Part shown: piece after piece, positions 45,867-55,075 of the stretch
Layout of the letters: each line of letters starts with the position of its first letter
How positions within the stretch are numbered: position 1 is the stretch's first letter
Notes under the pieces: generated by a model
Seen by the model: only the letters and a program-made list of their open reading frames with translations
The model's database searches: none
Told to the model about the DNA's origin: nothing
Translations under genes and position numbers: made by a program
Assembly (NCBI GenBank): GCA_002428525.1
Contig: DIWU01000030.1
Location: 42,009 to 106,008 of the forward strand
From: a bacterium UBP14_UBA6098
GTDB lineage: Bacteria; UBP14; UBA6098
Length of the DNA: 64,000 bases
Reading direction: 5' to 3'

Positions 45867-46812
45867 AGGATTCCCTTTCCTGTTTTAAAAATTCAACAAC
45901 TTCGCCCGCATTCTCGAGCTTGAAGGCCCCCGCGCGAATCGCCTTACTGCGCGCCATGCCCTTAGTGAACCATCCGACGAATTTCCGGGCGATCGTTCCG
46001 GCACGCGTGTCGCCGTAAAAGGCGGCCATATCGGCGACATAGTCGGCGCAGGCCGTCAAGCGATCGAAGTCGCTCGGGGCAGAGGGGCTGTCCCCGCCGA
46101 GGATAGCGCTCGACACCTCGGCGAAGACCCATGGGTTTCCGAGCGAGGCTCTGCCGATCATCACCGCGGCGCAACCGGTCGATTCGATCATTCGAAGGGC
46201 GGCCCGGCCGGAATCGATATCGCCGTTTCCGACGATCGGGACAGAGGAGATCTGGACGGCGCGAGCGATCATATCCCAATCGGCGGTGCCGGAGAAGCCC
46301 TGTTTTCGGCTTCTCGCGTGCAAAGTAATGAAGGAGGCGCCGGCATCTACGAGGCGCGGGATAGCCTCCTCGAAGGCCGAGTGGTCGTCGATTCCGGTGC
46401 GGATCTTCGCGCTGACGGGGATTGAAACCGCGGAAACAACCGCGGCGACGAGTTCCGCGGCCTTTTGCGGGTCGGATAAAAGCGAGACACCCGCCCCCTT
46501 TCGGAAAACCTTCTTTGCAGGGCATCCGAGGTTGACATCGATAAGCCCGAAACCACTGTCTTGGACTATTTTCGCGGCCTCGGACATAGCAATCGGATCG
46601 TCGTCGAAGAGCTGAATCCCCAGCGGCGCGACCGACTTGTCAAAATCGAGTAAGGATAGTGTTTTAGGGGCTTTGCGCCTCAGTCCCTCGGCCGAGACCA
46701 TACCGCTGAAGACCAAACCTGCGCCATGGCGAAGAGCCCAAGCGCAAAATACGGAATCCGAGATTCCGGCGAGCGGCGCCGAAAGGGTTTTGTTTTTAGG
46801 AAGAGCTTGCAT
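45856..46812 (-). CDS. tRNA-dihydrouridine synthase (Dus family)
   Basis: TIM-barrel flavoenzyme motifs, including LAGISD near the N-terminus, NLGCP, and ITLHARSRKQGFSGTADWD with the catalytic Cys/Lys region. Confidence 0.8.
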   Translation of the reverse strand: MQALPKNKTLSAPLAGISDSVFCAWALRHGAGLVFSGMVSAEGLRRKAPKTLSLLDFDKSVAPLGIQLFDDDPIAMSEAAKIVQDSGFGLIDVNLGCPAKKVFRKGAGVSLLSDPQKAAELVAAVVSAVSIPVSAKIRTGIDDHSAFEEAIPRLVDAGASFITLHARSRKQGFSGTADWDMIARAVQISSVPIVGNGDIDSGRAALRMIESTGCAAVMIGRASLGNPWVFAEVSSAILGGDSPSAPSDFDRLTACADYVADMAAFYGDTRAGTIARKFVGWFTKGMARSKAIRAGAFKLENAGEVVEFLKQERESYAS

Positions 46813-48787
46813 CTATGCCGGACGAAAGGATTTTTTTAAGATGATCTATCCTTTTCTCGAAACGGTCTCTTTCATTCGGCTCGGCAGTTTTCTGCAGGAT
46901 GGCCTTGTAGATTGAGATTGCCCTCTTGATCTTGCCTTGGCCGACGCAAATCTCGGCGAAGGTAACGGTATTCATATCCTGCCCGTCGGCGAAGTCGGAG
47001 GCGTCTTCGCCCTGCGGCTCCTCCGCGGGTTCGGCGGCCTCACCGAGAGCGCCGTTTTCCCCTCGTGGAACGATTCCGTCGAGCTCGTCGGCGAACTCTA
47101 TCTCGGTGAACTCGGGGCTGGAAAGTTTCTCGGAGGGCGGGTTGAATGACGCCGTTCCCTCGAAGCCCTCGATCTCGAGAGGTTCCTGAGCGGGTTTAAA
47201 CTCGTGGCGAAACTCGATTCCAATATCATCAACAGCCGGCGAAGGGTTTTCTTGACCGATATCCTCAGTGAAGAAATAGCCGCCGATGCTTGTAATATCG
47301 GCTTTCGGCTTTTCGGGAGCGCCGATATCGAAAACCGGTATATCGTCGGCGGTGATCTTTTCTTGCTCGATCTCGCCCCGGGGGGCCGGAGCGGGAGTTT
47401 TAGCCTCCCCTGTAGGCGTAGCGGCTACTTGGGGCTCGGGGGAAACCTCCGGCTCCTCGACTACCTCGAGCTGTTTGAGGGCATCGGCCATACTTGTGGG
47501 TTTTACCGTCGGAGCCTTTTGCCGTGGAGGCGGAGTGAAGTCGAAGAAGTCATCCGGGACGGCATCGACGGCCTTGGACGGCTCCTCCTTTTGAACAACA
47601 GCCGGCTCCTCTTTCGAGGGCGGAGTGAAATCGAAGCCGTCTTCTAACGCCGAACTATCGGGGGCTTCGGGGGGCGCGACCGCTCGACTTGCTTCGGGAG
47701 GCGCTTTTATATTGGTTTGGGACGAGGGTGGAGTGAAATCGAAATCTTCATCGGCCCTATCATAGATATCAAATGCGGGCATATCCTCCGCGGTAACCGC
47801 CTGCTCCTCGACGGGCGTTTCGATTAGCGGCGCGGGCGCGGTTTGCGTGGTTTCTTCGAGATTGAAAGATCCGAACCCCTCGGAAAGGTCGGGTTCCTCG
47901 ACTGCAGCCGGAGGAGGCTGAACCTTAGGAGTTGTCGGTGCGGGCGCGGCGGAGAATGCTCCCAAATCGAACTCGGGCATCGATTCTTCGATCGAGGAAA
48001 CAGCCGACTCGAGCAGGCTTTCAGAGGCCTTCTTCGCTGAGGCTATCTCGGGCGAAACGAAGTCCCTCTTCGACTCGATCCCCGCCTCGCTCTCCTCTTC
48101 CTCCTCGATAGGCTCGAAAACGCTCTCCGGCGCTAAAAGCCCCTCCTCCGAGGACATCTGGTCCATGTCGAAACCGCCGGAGGTGTCCTCGCCCGAGATG
48201 TCCATCTTAAGTAGCTCTTCGAGCTCCTTTTCGACAGAGGTAATCTCGTCGATCGTGGGGGCGGAGCGTTTTTCGATTCCGTTGAAAACGATCTCCGACT
48301 TCTGAGGCGGAGCCGGTGTGGCGGCCTTTTGCTCTATGGCCTCGGTCGGTTTGGCCTGCATCGCGGGCAGGGTTTGTTCCGAAACCTCGACATTGAGGTT
48401 CTTCAGCTCCCGCTTCGCCTTCTCGTCGAAGGGGTCCAAGGACAGAAGTCCCTTCAGCCGCTCGATTCCATCCTTGGTGTTGCCCTGCTTGAATTCTATC
48501 CTCGCGATCTCCCAAATAGCGGCAACATTGCCCGGATCTATCCTGAGCACTATATCGAAACGGTCGCGGGCCTCCTTGAAATAGCCCGCCTTCAAAAGCG
48601 CGCGCGCCAAGACCTGTTGGCCGGTGACATAGGTGGGGTTCGCGCTCACCCCGGCGGTGAGGATCTCGAGCGCTTTGCGAAGATCGCCCCTCTGCAAATA
48701 AATATCACCAAGCCGCGCGAACCTTGGATCGCCCGGCTTTTCGGCAACAAACGCCGAAAACATGGTGACTAATTGCTCATCATTCAT
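46796..48787 (-). CDS. TPR-repeat protein with a ~400-aa acidic, Pro/Glu/Ala-rich low-complexity linker carrying repeated F-D-F-T-P-P motifs
   Basis: N-terminal TPR helices (GDIYLQRGDLRKALEIL..., ARALLKAGYFKEARDRF...). Central disordered region with three (D/F)FDFTPP(S/P) repeats and related (I/M)P.FD(I/L) motifs. C-terminal TPR-like helix ISIYKAILQK. Confidence 0.5.
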   Translation of the reverse strand: MNDEQLVTMFSAFVAEKPGDPRFARLGDIYLQRGDLRKALEILTAGVSANPTYVTGQQVLARALLKAGYFKEARDRFDIVLRIDPGNVAAIWEIARIEFKQGNTKDGIERLKGLLSLDPFDEKAKRELKNLNVEVSEQTLPAMQAKPTEAIEQKAATPAPPQKSEIVFNGIEKRSAPTIDEITSVEKELEELLKMDISGEDTSGGFDMDQMSSEEGLLAPESVFEPIEEEEESEAGIESKRDFVSPEIASAKKASESLLESAVSSIEESMPEFDLGAFSAAPAPTTPKVQPPPAAVEEPDLSEGFGSFNLEETTQTAPAPLIETPVEEQAVTAEDMPAFDIYDRADEDFDFTPPSSQTNIKAPPEASRAVAPPEAPDSSALEDGFDFTPPSKEEPAVVQKEEPSKAVDAVPDDFFDFTPPPRQKAPTVKPTSMADALKQLEVVEEPEVSPEPQVAATPTGEAKTPAPAPRGEIEQEKITADDIPVFDIGAPEKPKADITSIGGYFFTEDIGQENPSPAVDDIGIEFRHEFKPAQEPLEIEGFEGTASFNPPSEKLSSPEFTEIEFADELDGIVPRGENGALGEAAEPAEEPQGEDASDFADGQDMNTVTFAEICVGQGKIKRAISIYKAILQKTAEPNERDRFEKRIDHLKKILSSGIDASSS

Positions 48788-48892
48788 TGTCAGAATCCGC
48801 CATTATTTATTCAAAATAGATACTTTCTTCAATTTGTCAAGCCCGGTGTTCTCCCCACAAAACTATCGCTATTCACAAAAACACCTCGCCCG

Positions 48893-49018
48893 GGGGGCGT
48901 CGGACGCGCTTCGCGCGTGACGCGCGGCCGGATGAAAAAGCTCCAATTTCAATCGGAAAACTACCTTCCGGCCGCACGGCGATCTCTTTTCCAGAGGAAA
49001 AGAGATCCCGACGCCCCC
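48893..49018. repeat. copy D of the GGGGGCGTCGG-TIR hairpin-rich element
   Basis: Perfect TIRs GGGGGCGTCGG (48893-48903) and CCGACGCCCCC (49008-49018), extended to cgcccgGGGGGCGTCGG / CCGACGCCCCCcggcg. Internal perfect palindrome gatctcttttcc-aga-ggaaaagagatc and ccggcc/ggccgg pairs. Confidence 0.5.
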
Positions 49019-49064
49019 CGGCGAGGGAGGTTTTACGCTAATAGTTTTTCCCGAGACGAGGTTA

Positions 49065-50402
49065 TCACCTTTCTTCTTCGCGGGTATTCCCGTGGGGATT
49101 GGACAGCTTGCTGAGCCACGAGGTATCGAAGGGTTCGCCGGAGGCTGTCGAATGGACGAGGCGATAGATCCCGATCCCCTTTTCGTCGGCGAAGATGAAA
49201 TAGACTCCGCCCTGTAAAGAGTAATAATCCCATTGTTCCCATGGGTTACTGTCCAAAGTGAACTGGCTTCGCTCGATATTATCCGGTGCACCGTAAACAA
49301 TGAAGACTCGGCCGCGGTCGGTGAGCCAACCGTTTTCGCCGAAGGCGGAATTGGCATAATTCCACCTGCCTATAATCTCGTCGCGATACTCGTTTTCAGG
49401 GGTTCGCGGTTCGGGGTCGCGGTTTTCCCACCATCGAAGGAGAAACTCGGCCTTGCCCTCGGGCGTGAGTTTTTGGTAGAAATTTTTATCGGAGGTCGAG
49501 ATCAGGTAATGGATATAGTCGAGTTCTCTTTCGAGGTTCGAGGTATCCGCTCGGATGACCGTCGGTTCGGGTTTGAACTGCTTTTTAACCACGGAGAATT
49601 CTTTGCTTTTGGCGATTTCTTTTTTGGTCTTGGTCGATTTGAGAAGGACCTCGATCGAGTATTCGCCCTCGGGGTATCCGACAACGTTGAAGCCGTTGAG
49701 GATCGGCACCGCATCGTCGGAGGAGGGCTTGATTATCGGGTCGAATATTTTAATACTTTTCCCCGCTGAATCCCGAATCGAGTAAACAAGCTCGAAGGTA
49801 TCGGCGCTCTCGGCGTCGTAGGCCTCGAGATAGACGAACATAGTGGGAAAGGAGGAACCGAACGAGGCGGCCGGATTAGGGAGCATCTTAAGATTGCCGA
49901 AGCTGAAAGCCCCGCCCGCGCTGTCGATCGAGACATCGGAGAAAAGGGCTATTTCCGAAACACTAAGGCCCTTTGCTCGAGCGGAAAGCTCGAAGTTTAA
50001 CTCCTCGAAAACGGAATCGCCGTCGCCGAGATCGATCGCGGTGAAGGTCAGCCGGTATTTACCGGTGTCGAGGACAGCGGAGTTCTTGTCGAAAAGGAGG
50101 TAATCGCGGGTGACCATCTCGCCGCGGGGAATTTGTATTATTCGGTTCAACGCGGCGCTGTAAACAGGCTCGTCGCCCTTGAATACCTCGATATCGAATA
50201 ACAGCGTGTCCGCCCAGATCGAATCGAAGCGCTCGAAGGCGAGCGCGCCCCTGTTGATCGACCATACAATATCGACGAGCGAGCTGTCGCCCTCGCTCGA
50301 GCCGCGAAAGATATCGACATCGAGTGCGAATCCGCCGACTCCAGCGAGAACGGCTTGAGCCGCGGCTATCAGCGCGATTATGTAGATTGCTCTTTTCATC
50401 AT
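49065..50402 (-). CDS. GWxTD-domain protein (secreted, 445 aa)
   Basis: Signal peptide MMKRAIYIIALIAAAQAVLA. C-terminal GWLTDRGRVFIVYGAPDNIERS...WEQWDYYSLQGGVYFIF matches the GWxTD domain signature. Confidence 0.65.
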   Translation of the reverse strand: MMKRAIYIIALIAAAQAVLAGVGGFALDVDIFRGSSEGDSSLVDIVWSINRGALAFERFDSIWADTLLFDIEVFKGDEPVYSAALNRIIQIPRGEMVTRDYLLFDKNSAVLDTGKYRLTFTAIDLGDGDSVFEELNFELSARAKGLSVSEIALFSDVSIDSAGGAFSFGNLKMLPNPAASFGSSFPTMFVYLEAYDAESADTFELVYSIRDSAGKSIKIFDPIIKPSSDDAVPILNGFNVVGYPEGEYSIEVLLKSTKTKKEIAKSKEFSVVKKQFKPEPTVIRADTSNLERELDYIHYLISTSDKNFYQKLTPEGKAEFLLRWWENRDPEPRTPENEYRDEIIGRWNYANSAFGENGWLTDRGRVFIVYGAPDNIERSQFTLDSNPWEQWDYYSLQGGVYFIFADEKGIGIYRLVHSTASGEPFDTSWLSKLSNPHGNTREEER

Positions 50403-51610
50403 TCCTGCCTTATTAACTCGTAGGTTCCATCGCTATGGCGATCCTCGAAATAGAAGGTTCGCCGGGGGTTGTTGTAATACCAAATCTCATAGGCCAAATA
50501 GCCCATCTCGAAGGGGTGGCTCTCCACCTCGTCCGGTTCGCCATAAACGATAAGAACCCTCCCCCTATCCGAGCGCCATCCCTGATGGCTCTCGCGAAAT
50601 CTGACATTGGCCAAAGCGACGCGCCTGTCGAATTCCTCGCGGAGTTCGTTGAACTCAGTGCTCGGGGTCGGGTCTTTTTCCGCCCAGAAAACCTCGATCA
50701 GGCTGTCCACCGATTCGGGGCTGTTTTTAAGCGCATTTCTCAAGGCCTTAAGCTCCGAGCCACTCTCGATGAGGCTCAGCTGTTCGACCGCCTCATGCGG
50801 ATCGACCGCGATTCGATAGGCATTCCTCCCCGAAAGGACGACATCCCTGTAAACTCGGGCTATCGTCACGCCGCCGTCGAGGGCGGCCGTTGTCAGCCTG
50901 AAGGCTCCGAGGCCCGAAGGGAGCGGCATAGCGGCTCGAAGCCTCGTGTATTTCGAGATCGCGAAAAGGGTATCCGCAACGATAACCGAGTCGCCCCTTT
51001 CGATCGCAATGACAATATCCACCGATTCGGGCGGGTTCACCGCGATTGTCGTTCCGAAGAAGACCGAATCGCCGATGGGATACCCCGAATAGTGCTCGCG
51101 ATGACGGCCGCCGCCGTCGAAAAGGATTATCGGTCCGAGCGCGACCGCCGAAACCCTTTTGAAAATAGGGACTTTTATATCGGCCTCTTTCGAGAACTTC
51201 TCCTTCGATTCGATATCGAGCACCGAGATGAGAATCCTGTATTCCCCGGGGGGAATCCGCTCGAGAGTATAGACAACATCGGCGGCGACATCGCGCGAAT
51301 TGGTTTCGCTGTAGCCCTCGACTATAAGCGAATCGCGAACGCCGAGTTTCGCGACCAATTCGTCGCCGCTATAAAGCGCGATTAGGACATCGAATTCGGC
51401 GCGGTAGAAGGGCCTTTGCCGAATAAACTGCAGGCCGGTGCTGAAGATGGACAGATAGACCTCGATATCCGTTGTGGAGTCGTTGTCGGAGGGGGCATAC
51501 AGTATCTTGTTGTCGAAAACCGGCTTGCCGAGATTATCCATGAAGGACGCCTGCGCGAAGGCGCTCGCGCAGATGATTATAAGAATCGTGAAAACAACCG
51601 CCCTCGGCAT
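50399..51610 (-). CDS. GWxTD-domain protein paralog (403 aa, GWRSD variant)
   Basis: Signal peptide MPRAVVFTILIIICASAFA. C-terminal HQGWRSDRGRVLIVYGEPDEVE...YEIWYYNNPRRTFYFEDRHSDGTYELI parallels the downstream paralog. Overlaps it by 4 nt. Confidence 0.6.
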   Translation of the reverse strand: MPRAVVFTILIIICASAFAQASFMDNLGKPVFDNKILYAPSDNDSTTDIEVYLSIFSTGLQFIRQRPFYRAEFDVLIALYSGDELVAKLGVRDSLIVEGYSETNSRDVAADVVYTLERIPPGEYRILISVLDIESKEKFSKEADIKVPIFKRVSAVALGPIILFDGGGRHREHYSGYPIGDSVFFGTTIAVNPPESVDIVIAIERGDSVIVADTLFAISKYTRLRAAMPLPSGLGAFRLTTAALDGGVTIARVYRDVVLSGRNAYRIAVDPHEAVEQLSLIESGSELKALRNALKNSPESVDSLIEVFWAEKDPTPSTEFNELREEFDRRVALANVRFRESHQGWRSDRGRVLIVYGEPDEVESHPFEMGYLAYEIWYYNNPRRTFYFEDRHSDGTYELIRQE

Positions 51611-51611
51611 A

Positions 51612-52451
51612 TTATCCCCTTGGGTGATACTTGTGATAGAGGCCGTGCAGATACTCTTTGCCTATGTTCGTGTAAATCTGCGTCGTGCTGATATCCTCGT
51701 GGCCGAGCATCTCTTGGACGGCGCGCAGGTCGGCCCCGCCCTCGACGAGGTGGGTCGCGAAGGAGTGCCTGAATATATGCGGGTGGACGCCCTCGATTCC
51801 GGCGGTGTCGCTTCGGCCTTTTACTATTTTATAAAGCCCCATTCGGCTCAGCCTTCCGCCGCGGACATTGAGGAAAAGGGTCGGCGTGCGCTTGTCCTTT
51901 TTCAACGCGGGGCGGACATCGCGGCAATATCGGTCTATCCAATAGAGCGCGGAGTCGTTGATCGGGACGAGGCGTTCCTTTTTGCCCTTGCCGAAAAGGC
52001 GAACGAAGCCGATATCTTTGTAAACATCGCCGGTTTCCATATTGATAAGCTCCGACTCGCGCGCACCGGTGCCGTAAAGGGTTTCGATAATCGCCCTATC
52101 GCGGATTCCGAGGCCGCGCGGCCCTTCGAGGTTGATAGCACCGAGGATTTTTTCAATCTGCTCGAAGCTGAGGACCTCGGGAAGCGAGGAGGGCAGTTTG
52201 GGCATTTTAAGGCCCTCGGTCGGGTCCTTTTTCAGCAACCCCTCCGCGACGATATACTTGAAAAGCCCTCGAATACTGCTCATCTTTCTGGCAATCGACT
52301 TCGAGGATAGCCCGATCTCGGTCAGCGCTCGGAGGTGAGCCGCGATAATTACCGGCGTCACCTCCTCGGGGGAGGCGACCCCCCTTCCCGCGAGGTATTC
52401 GGCGAAATCGCGCAAGTCGTTCAAATAGGCCTCGGTGGTGTTCTCCGCCAA
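51612..52451 (-). CDS. XerC/XerD-family site-specific tyrosine recombinase
   Basis: N-terminal core-binding domain plus catalytic C-terminus HPHIFRHSFATHLVEGGADLRAVQEMLGHEDISTTQIYT (the R...HxxR...Y box). 279 aa. Confidence 0.8.
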   Translation of the reverse strand: MAENTTEAYLNDLRDFAEYLAGRGVASPEEVTPVIIAAHLRALTEIGLSSKSIARKMSSIRGLFKYIVAEGLLKKDPTEGLKMPKLPSSLPEVLSFEQIEKILGAINLEGPRGLGIRDRAIIETLYGTGARESELINMETGDVYKDIGFVRLFGKGKKERLVPINDSALYWIDRYCRDVRPALKKDKRTPTLFLNVRGGRLSRMGLYKIVKGRSDTAGIEGVHPHIFRHSFATHLVEGGADLRAVQEMLGHEDISTTQIYTNIGKEYLHGLYHKYHPRG

Positions 52452-52520
52452 GCCTTTATCAATTTCGATCCATTCGAGGAAGCCCTCGATTGAATGCCTT
52501 ATTTCAAGCGATCTCGCTAT

Positions 52521-53447
52521 TTAGCCTCCAAAACACTGCGGCACTGTGAATTCGGTGATTTTGCGGAAATGCTCCATTCGGCCGCGGATATCCTCCGATG
52601 TCACGGAGATGAGCCGCTCTAAACTGAAGCCCTCGACATTGAAGCTCGCGACGACAGTTCCGGCGACCAACGCGCGCTTGAGCTCCTCGAAGTTGACCTT
52701 GCCGCGCGAGGCGAGGTAGCCCATGAAGCCGCCCGCAAAGCTGTCGCCCGCGCCGGTTGGGTCTTTGACGGCCTCGATGGGGTAGGCCGGCAGGACGAAC
52801 AGCTCGTCCTTCGTTACGAGCATCGAGCCGAATTCGCCGCGTTTTATAACGAGGATTTTCGGCCCCATCGAAAGCACCTTGCGCGCGCCGGCCAGAAGGC
52901 CTTTCTCGCCGGACAGCATTCTGACCTCGAGCGCGTTTATCACGAGCAGATCGACGCGCGCGATTAGCTTTTTAAGCTCGGTCAATTTGCCCTCGATCCA
53001 GAAATTCATTGTGTCCGCGGCGATTAGGATTGGCGATTTTACCTGATCGACGACGACGCCCTGAAGCGCCGGGTCGATATTGCCGAGAAAGACGAAACTG
53101 CTACAGCAGTATTGCTCCGGGAGCTTCGGCGAGAAATGCTCGAAGACATTAAGCTGGGTGTCCAGAGTCGCGGGGTCGCCGAAGGACTCGTCGTAAACGC
53201 CCGCCCAGCGGAAGGTTTTGCCCGGTGCGATCTGGAGGCCGTCGATATTGACGCCCTTTCCGAGGAGCATCTCGATATGGCGCTTGGGGAAATCCTCGCC
53301 GACCACAGCGACGACATTGACCGGCGGGCCGAAAAGCCTTGCCGCGACGGAGAAATAGGTCGCGCTTCCGCCGAGGGCGTCGTCCGTCTTGCCCTCGGGG
53401 GTCGCGACCGAATCGAGCGCTACCGAACCAACGATAAGAAGTGACAT
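52521..53447 (-). CDS. PfkB-family carbohydrate kinase (ribokinase-like)
   Basis: N-terminal GSVALD and C-terminal DPTGAGDSFAGGFMGYL (the anion-hole/GAGD motif). The ATG at 53447 (MSLLIVGS) is the likelier start; the ORF track extends to 53492 and would overlap the endonuclease gene. Confidence 0.75.
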   Translation of the reverse strand: MSLLIVGSVALDSVATPEGKTDDALGGSATYFSVAARLFGPPVNVVAVVGEDFPKRHIEMLLGKGVNIDGLQIAPGKTFRWAGVYDESFGDPATLDTQLNVFEHFSPKLPEQYCCSSFVFLGNIDPALQGVVVDQVKSPILIAADTMNFWIEGKLTELKKLIARVDLLVINALEVRMLSGEKGLLAGARKVLSMGPKILVIKRGEFGSMLVTKDELFVLPAYPIEAVKDPTGAGDSFAGGFMGYLASRGKVNFEELKRALVAGTVVASFNVEGFSLERLISVTSEDIRGRMEHFRKITEFTVPQCFGG

Positions 53448-53466
53448 ATTTGCCTTTCGAAAATAG

Positions 53467-54192
53467 CTAATACTTAGCCGAGTTAAATTCAATCAATTTA
53501 TTCCAATCGATTTCACCGCTTGAAAGACAGAATTCACGGGCAAATTCGACTGTAAACCTATTAATCATTCGAGAATAAGACTCTAAAAAAAGATCATTCT
53601 TTTCTCGAGCGCTCGAACCGAGGGGAATAATAATCTGTTTGTATAGATCCGCATCTCCTGAAATGAACTCCCAGAATAGCTGGCCGCAAAGTTTATAATA
53701 ATCCCCTTTGTCAATATTCTTCGTCCTTCCGTAACAACATCCGTTAACAGCTTTGATTATTAACCCTGAGTTGCTCGTGCGGAGGGTTCGCTTCGCCGAG
53801 AGAAAGTCTGACTTCATTTTTTCGACTTGGCTACTATTGCCCCAATTAGGGCCGGATTTGATCGCAACAATATAGCGAATACCATTATTATCAAATTCGA
53901 GGTCAATCCCGCTGATACCCGATTTCCATCCCCCATACTTGTCATGATTAACAAAAATTGCTAGACCCTCGAGCCAATCACCAAAGATAGTTTCTTCGTT
54001 GGAGGAAATAAAAGCGTCTGTGAGACTTTTAATGATCTGCTCGGCTGTGAGTATATATTTTGCTTTGAACAAGTATGGGTTCTTTTTTTTCAGAACAGTC
54101 TTGAGTTTTAGATTATTTAGGCTTTCGATTCTCTTTTGATGAAAAGAATCAATGTTCATGACGACATAATCGGTAATTCGGTTAAGGCACAT
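53467..54192 (-). CDS. putative Type II restriction endonuclease (241 aa), partner of the adjacent methyltransferase
   Basis: Low-GC ORF 4 nt downstream of the methyltransferase gene, same strand. A possible PD-(D/E)xK-like arrangement (GIDLEFD ... YIVAIKSG). No other recognisable family. Assignment rests mainly on context. Confidence 0.5.
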   Translation of the reverse strand: MCLNRITDYVVMNIDSFHQKRIESLNNLKLKTVLKKKNPYLFKAKYILTAEQIIKSLTDAFISSNEETIFGDWLEGLAIFVNHDKYGGWKSGISGIDLEFDNNGIRYIVAIKSGPNWGNSSQVEKMKSDFLSAKRTLRTSNSGLIIKAVNGCCYGRTKNIDKGDYYKLCGQLFWEFISGDADLYKQIIIPLGSSAREKNDLFLESYSRMINRFTVEFAREFCLSSGEIDWNKLIEFNSAKY

Positions 54193-54195
54193 GTA

Positions 54196-55032
54196 TCACC
54201 GCACTTCCAAGAGCATTTTGGTCTGACTAAGCTTATCTTTAACTATCTGAAAATATTCTTTCGATATTTCAATACCTATAGACTTTCTATCCAATCTTTG
54301 AGCGACTAAATTTGTCGTTCCCGAGCCCATAAAGGGGTCTAAAACCGTGTCGTATGGTTTAGTGAAAAGCTTAATGAACCACTCGGGAAGCCCTTCGGGA
54401 AAGGCGGCGCTGTGATCCTTATTACCGCATTCGGTAGCCAAGTGTAAAACATTGGTTGGATAAGCTTGATCTCTATTGACCCAGTTTGAAATATTTTTCC
54501 CGAATCCACTTCCGACCTTGGACTCGTCCCGAGTTTTGTCGGTTTCACTGAGGTTCTTGAGCCTACTTCGGGCCCAATCGCCCGTGGGAACCATAACCTC
54601 TTCCTGATACATATCGAAAACTTTGTTTTTGTTAAATTGAAGGAGTCTTTCCCATGCATCTCTGAAACGATTGGGCCATTTACCCGGATAGCAATTCTTT
54701 TTATGCCAGATAAACTCCTCAGTCCATAACCAACCCTGCTTTTTCATTTCAAGAATTAGCTCTATTACATAGGTGCTTCTTTCCCCATCGACGACTTTTT
54801 CTTTTATATTGAGGATAAAAGTTCCGGTTGGCTTGAGAATTCTGAGGAGCTCTTTTGATATTGGTAAAAACCAATCTACATATTCATCCGGCTTTATTCC
54901 GCCATAGGTGTTTTTTCGCTGGTCGGCATAGGGTGGCGATGTAAATATCAAATCTACTGAATCGCTCGGCAATTCTTTTAATATTTGCTTACAATCTCCA
55001 AGTCGTAAATCAGGGAAAATCATATCCATCAC
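54196..55032 (-). CDS. beta-class amino-DNA methyltransferase (N6-adenine or N4-cytosine)
   Basis: Motif IV DLIFTSPPY near the N-terminus and motif I DPFMGSGTT near the C-terminus, the circularly permuted beta-class order. 278 aa. GC far below the window average. Confidence 0.8.
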   Translation of the reverse strand: MMDMIFPDLRLGDCKQILKELPSDSVDLIFTSPPYADQRKNTYGGIKPDEYVDWFLPISKELLRILKPTGTFILNIKEKVVDGERSTYVIELILEMKKQGWLWTEEFIWHKKNCYPGKWPNRFRDAWERLLQFNKNKVFDMYQEEVMVPTGDWARSRLKNLSETDKTRDESKVGSGFGKNISNWVNRDQAYPTNVLHLATECGNKDHSAAFPEGLPEWFIKLFTKPYDTVLDPFMGSGTTNLVAQRLDRKSIGIEISKEYFQIVKDKLSQTKMLLEVR

Positions 55033-55075
55033 CTAAAACAGTATGCTGTATATAAGTTAATATTTCAACCTTTCT

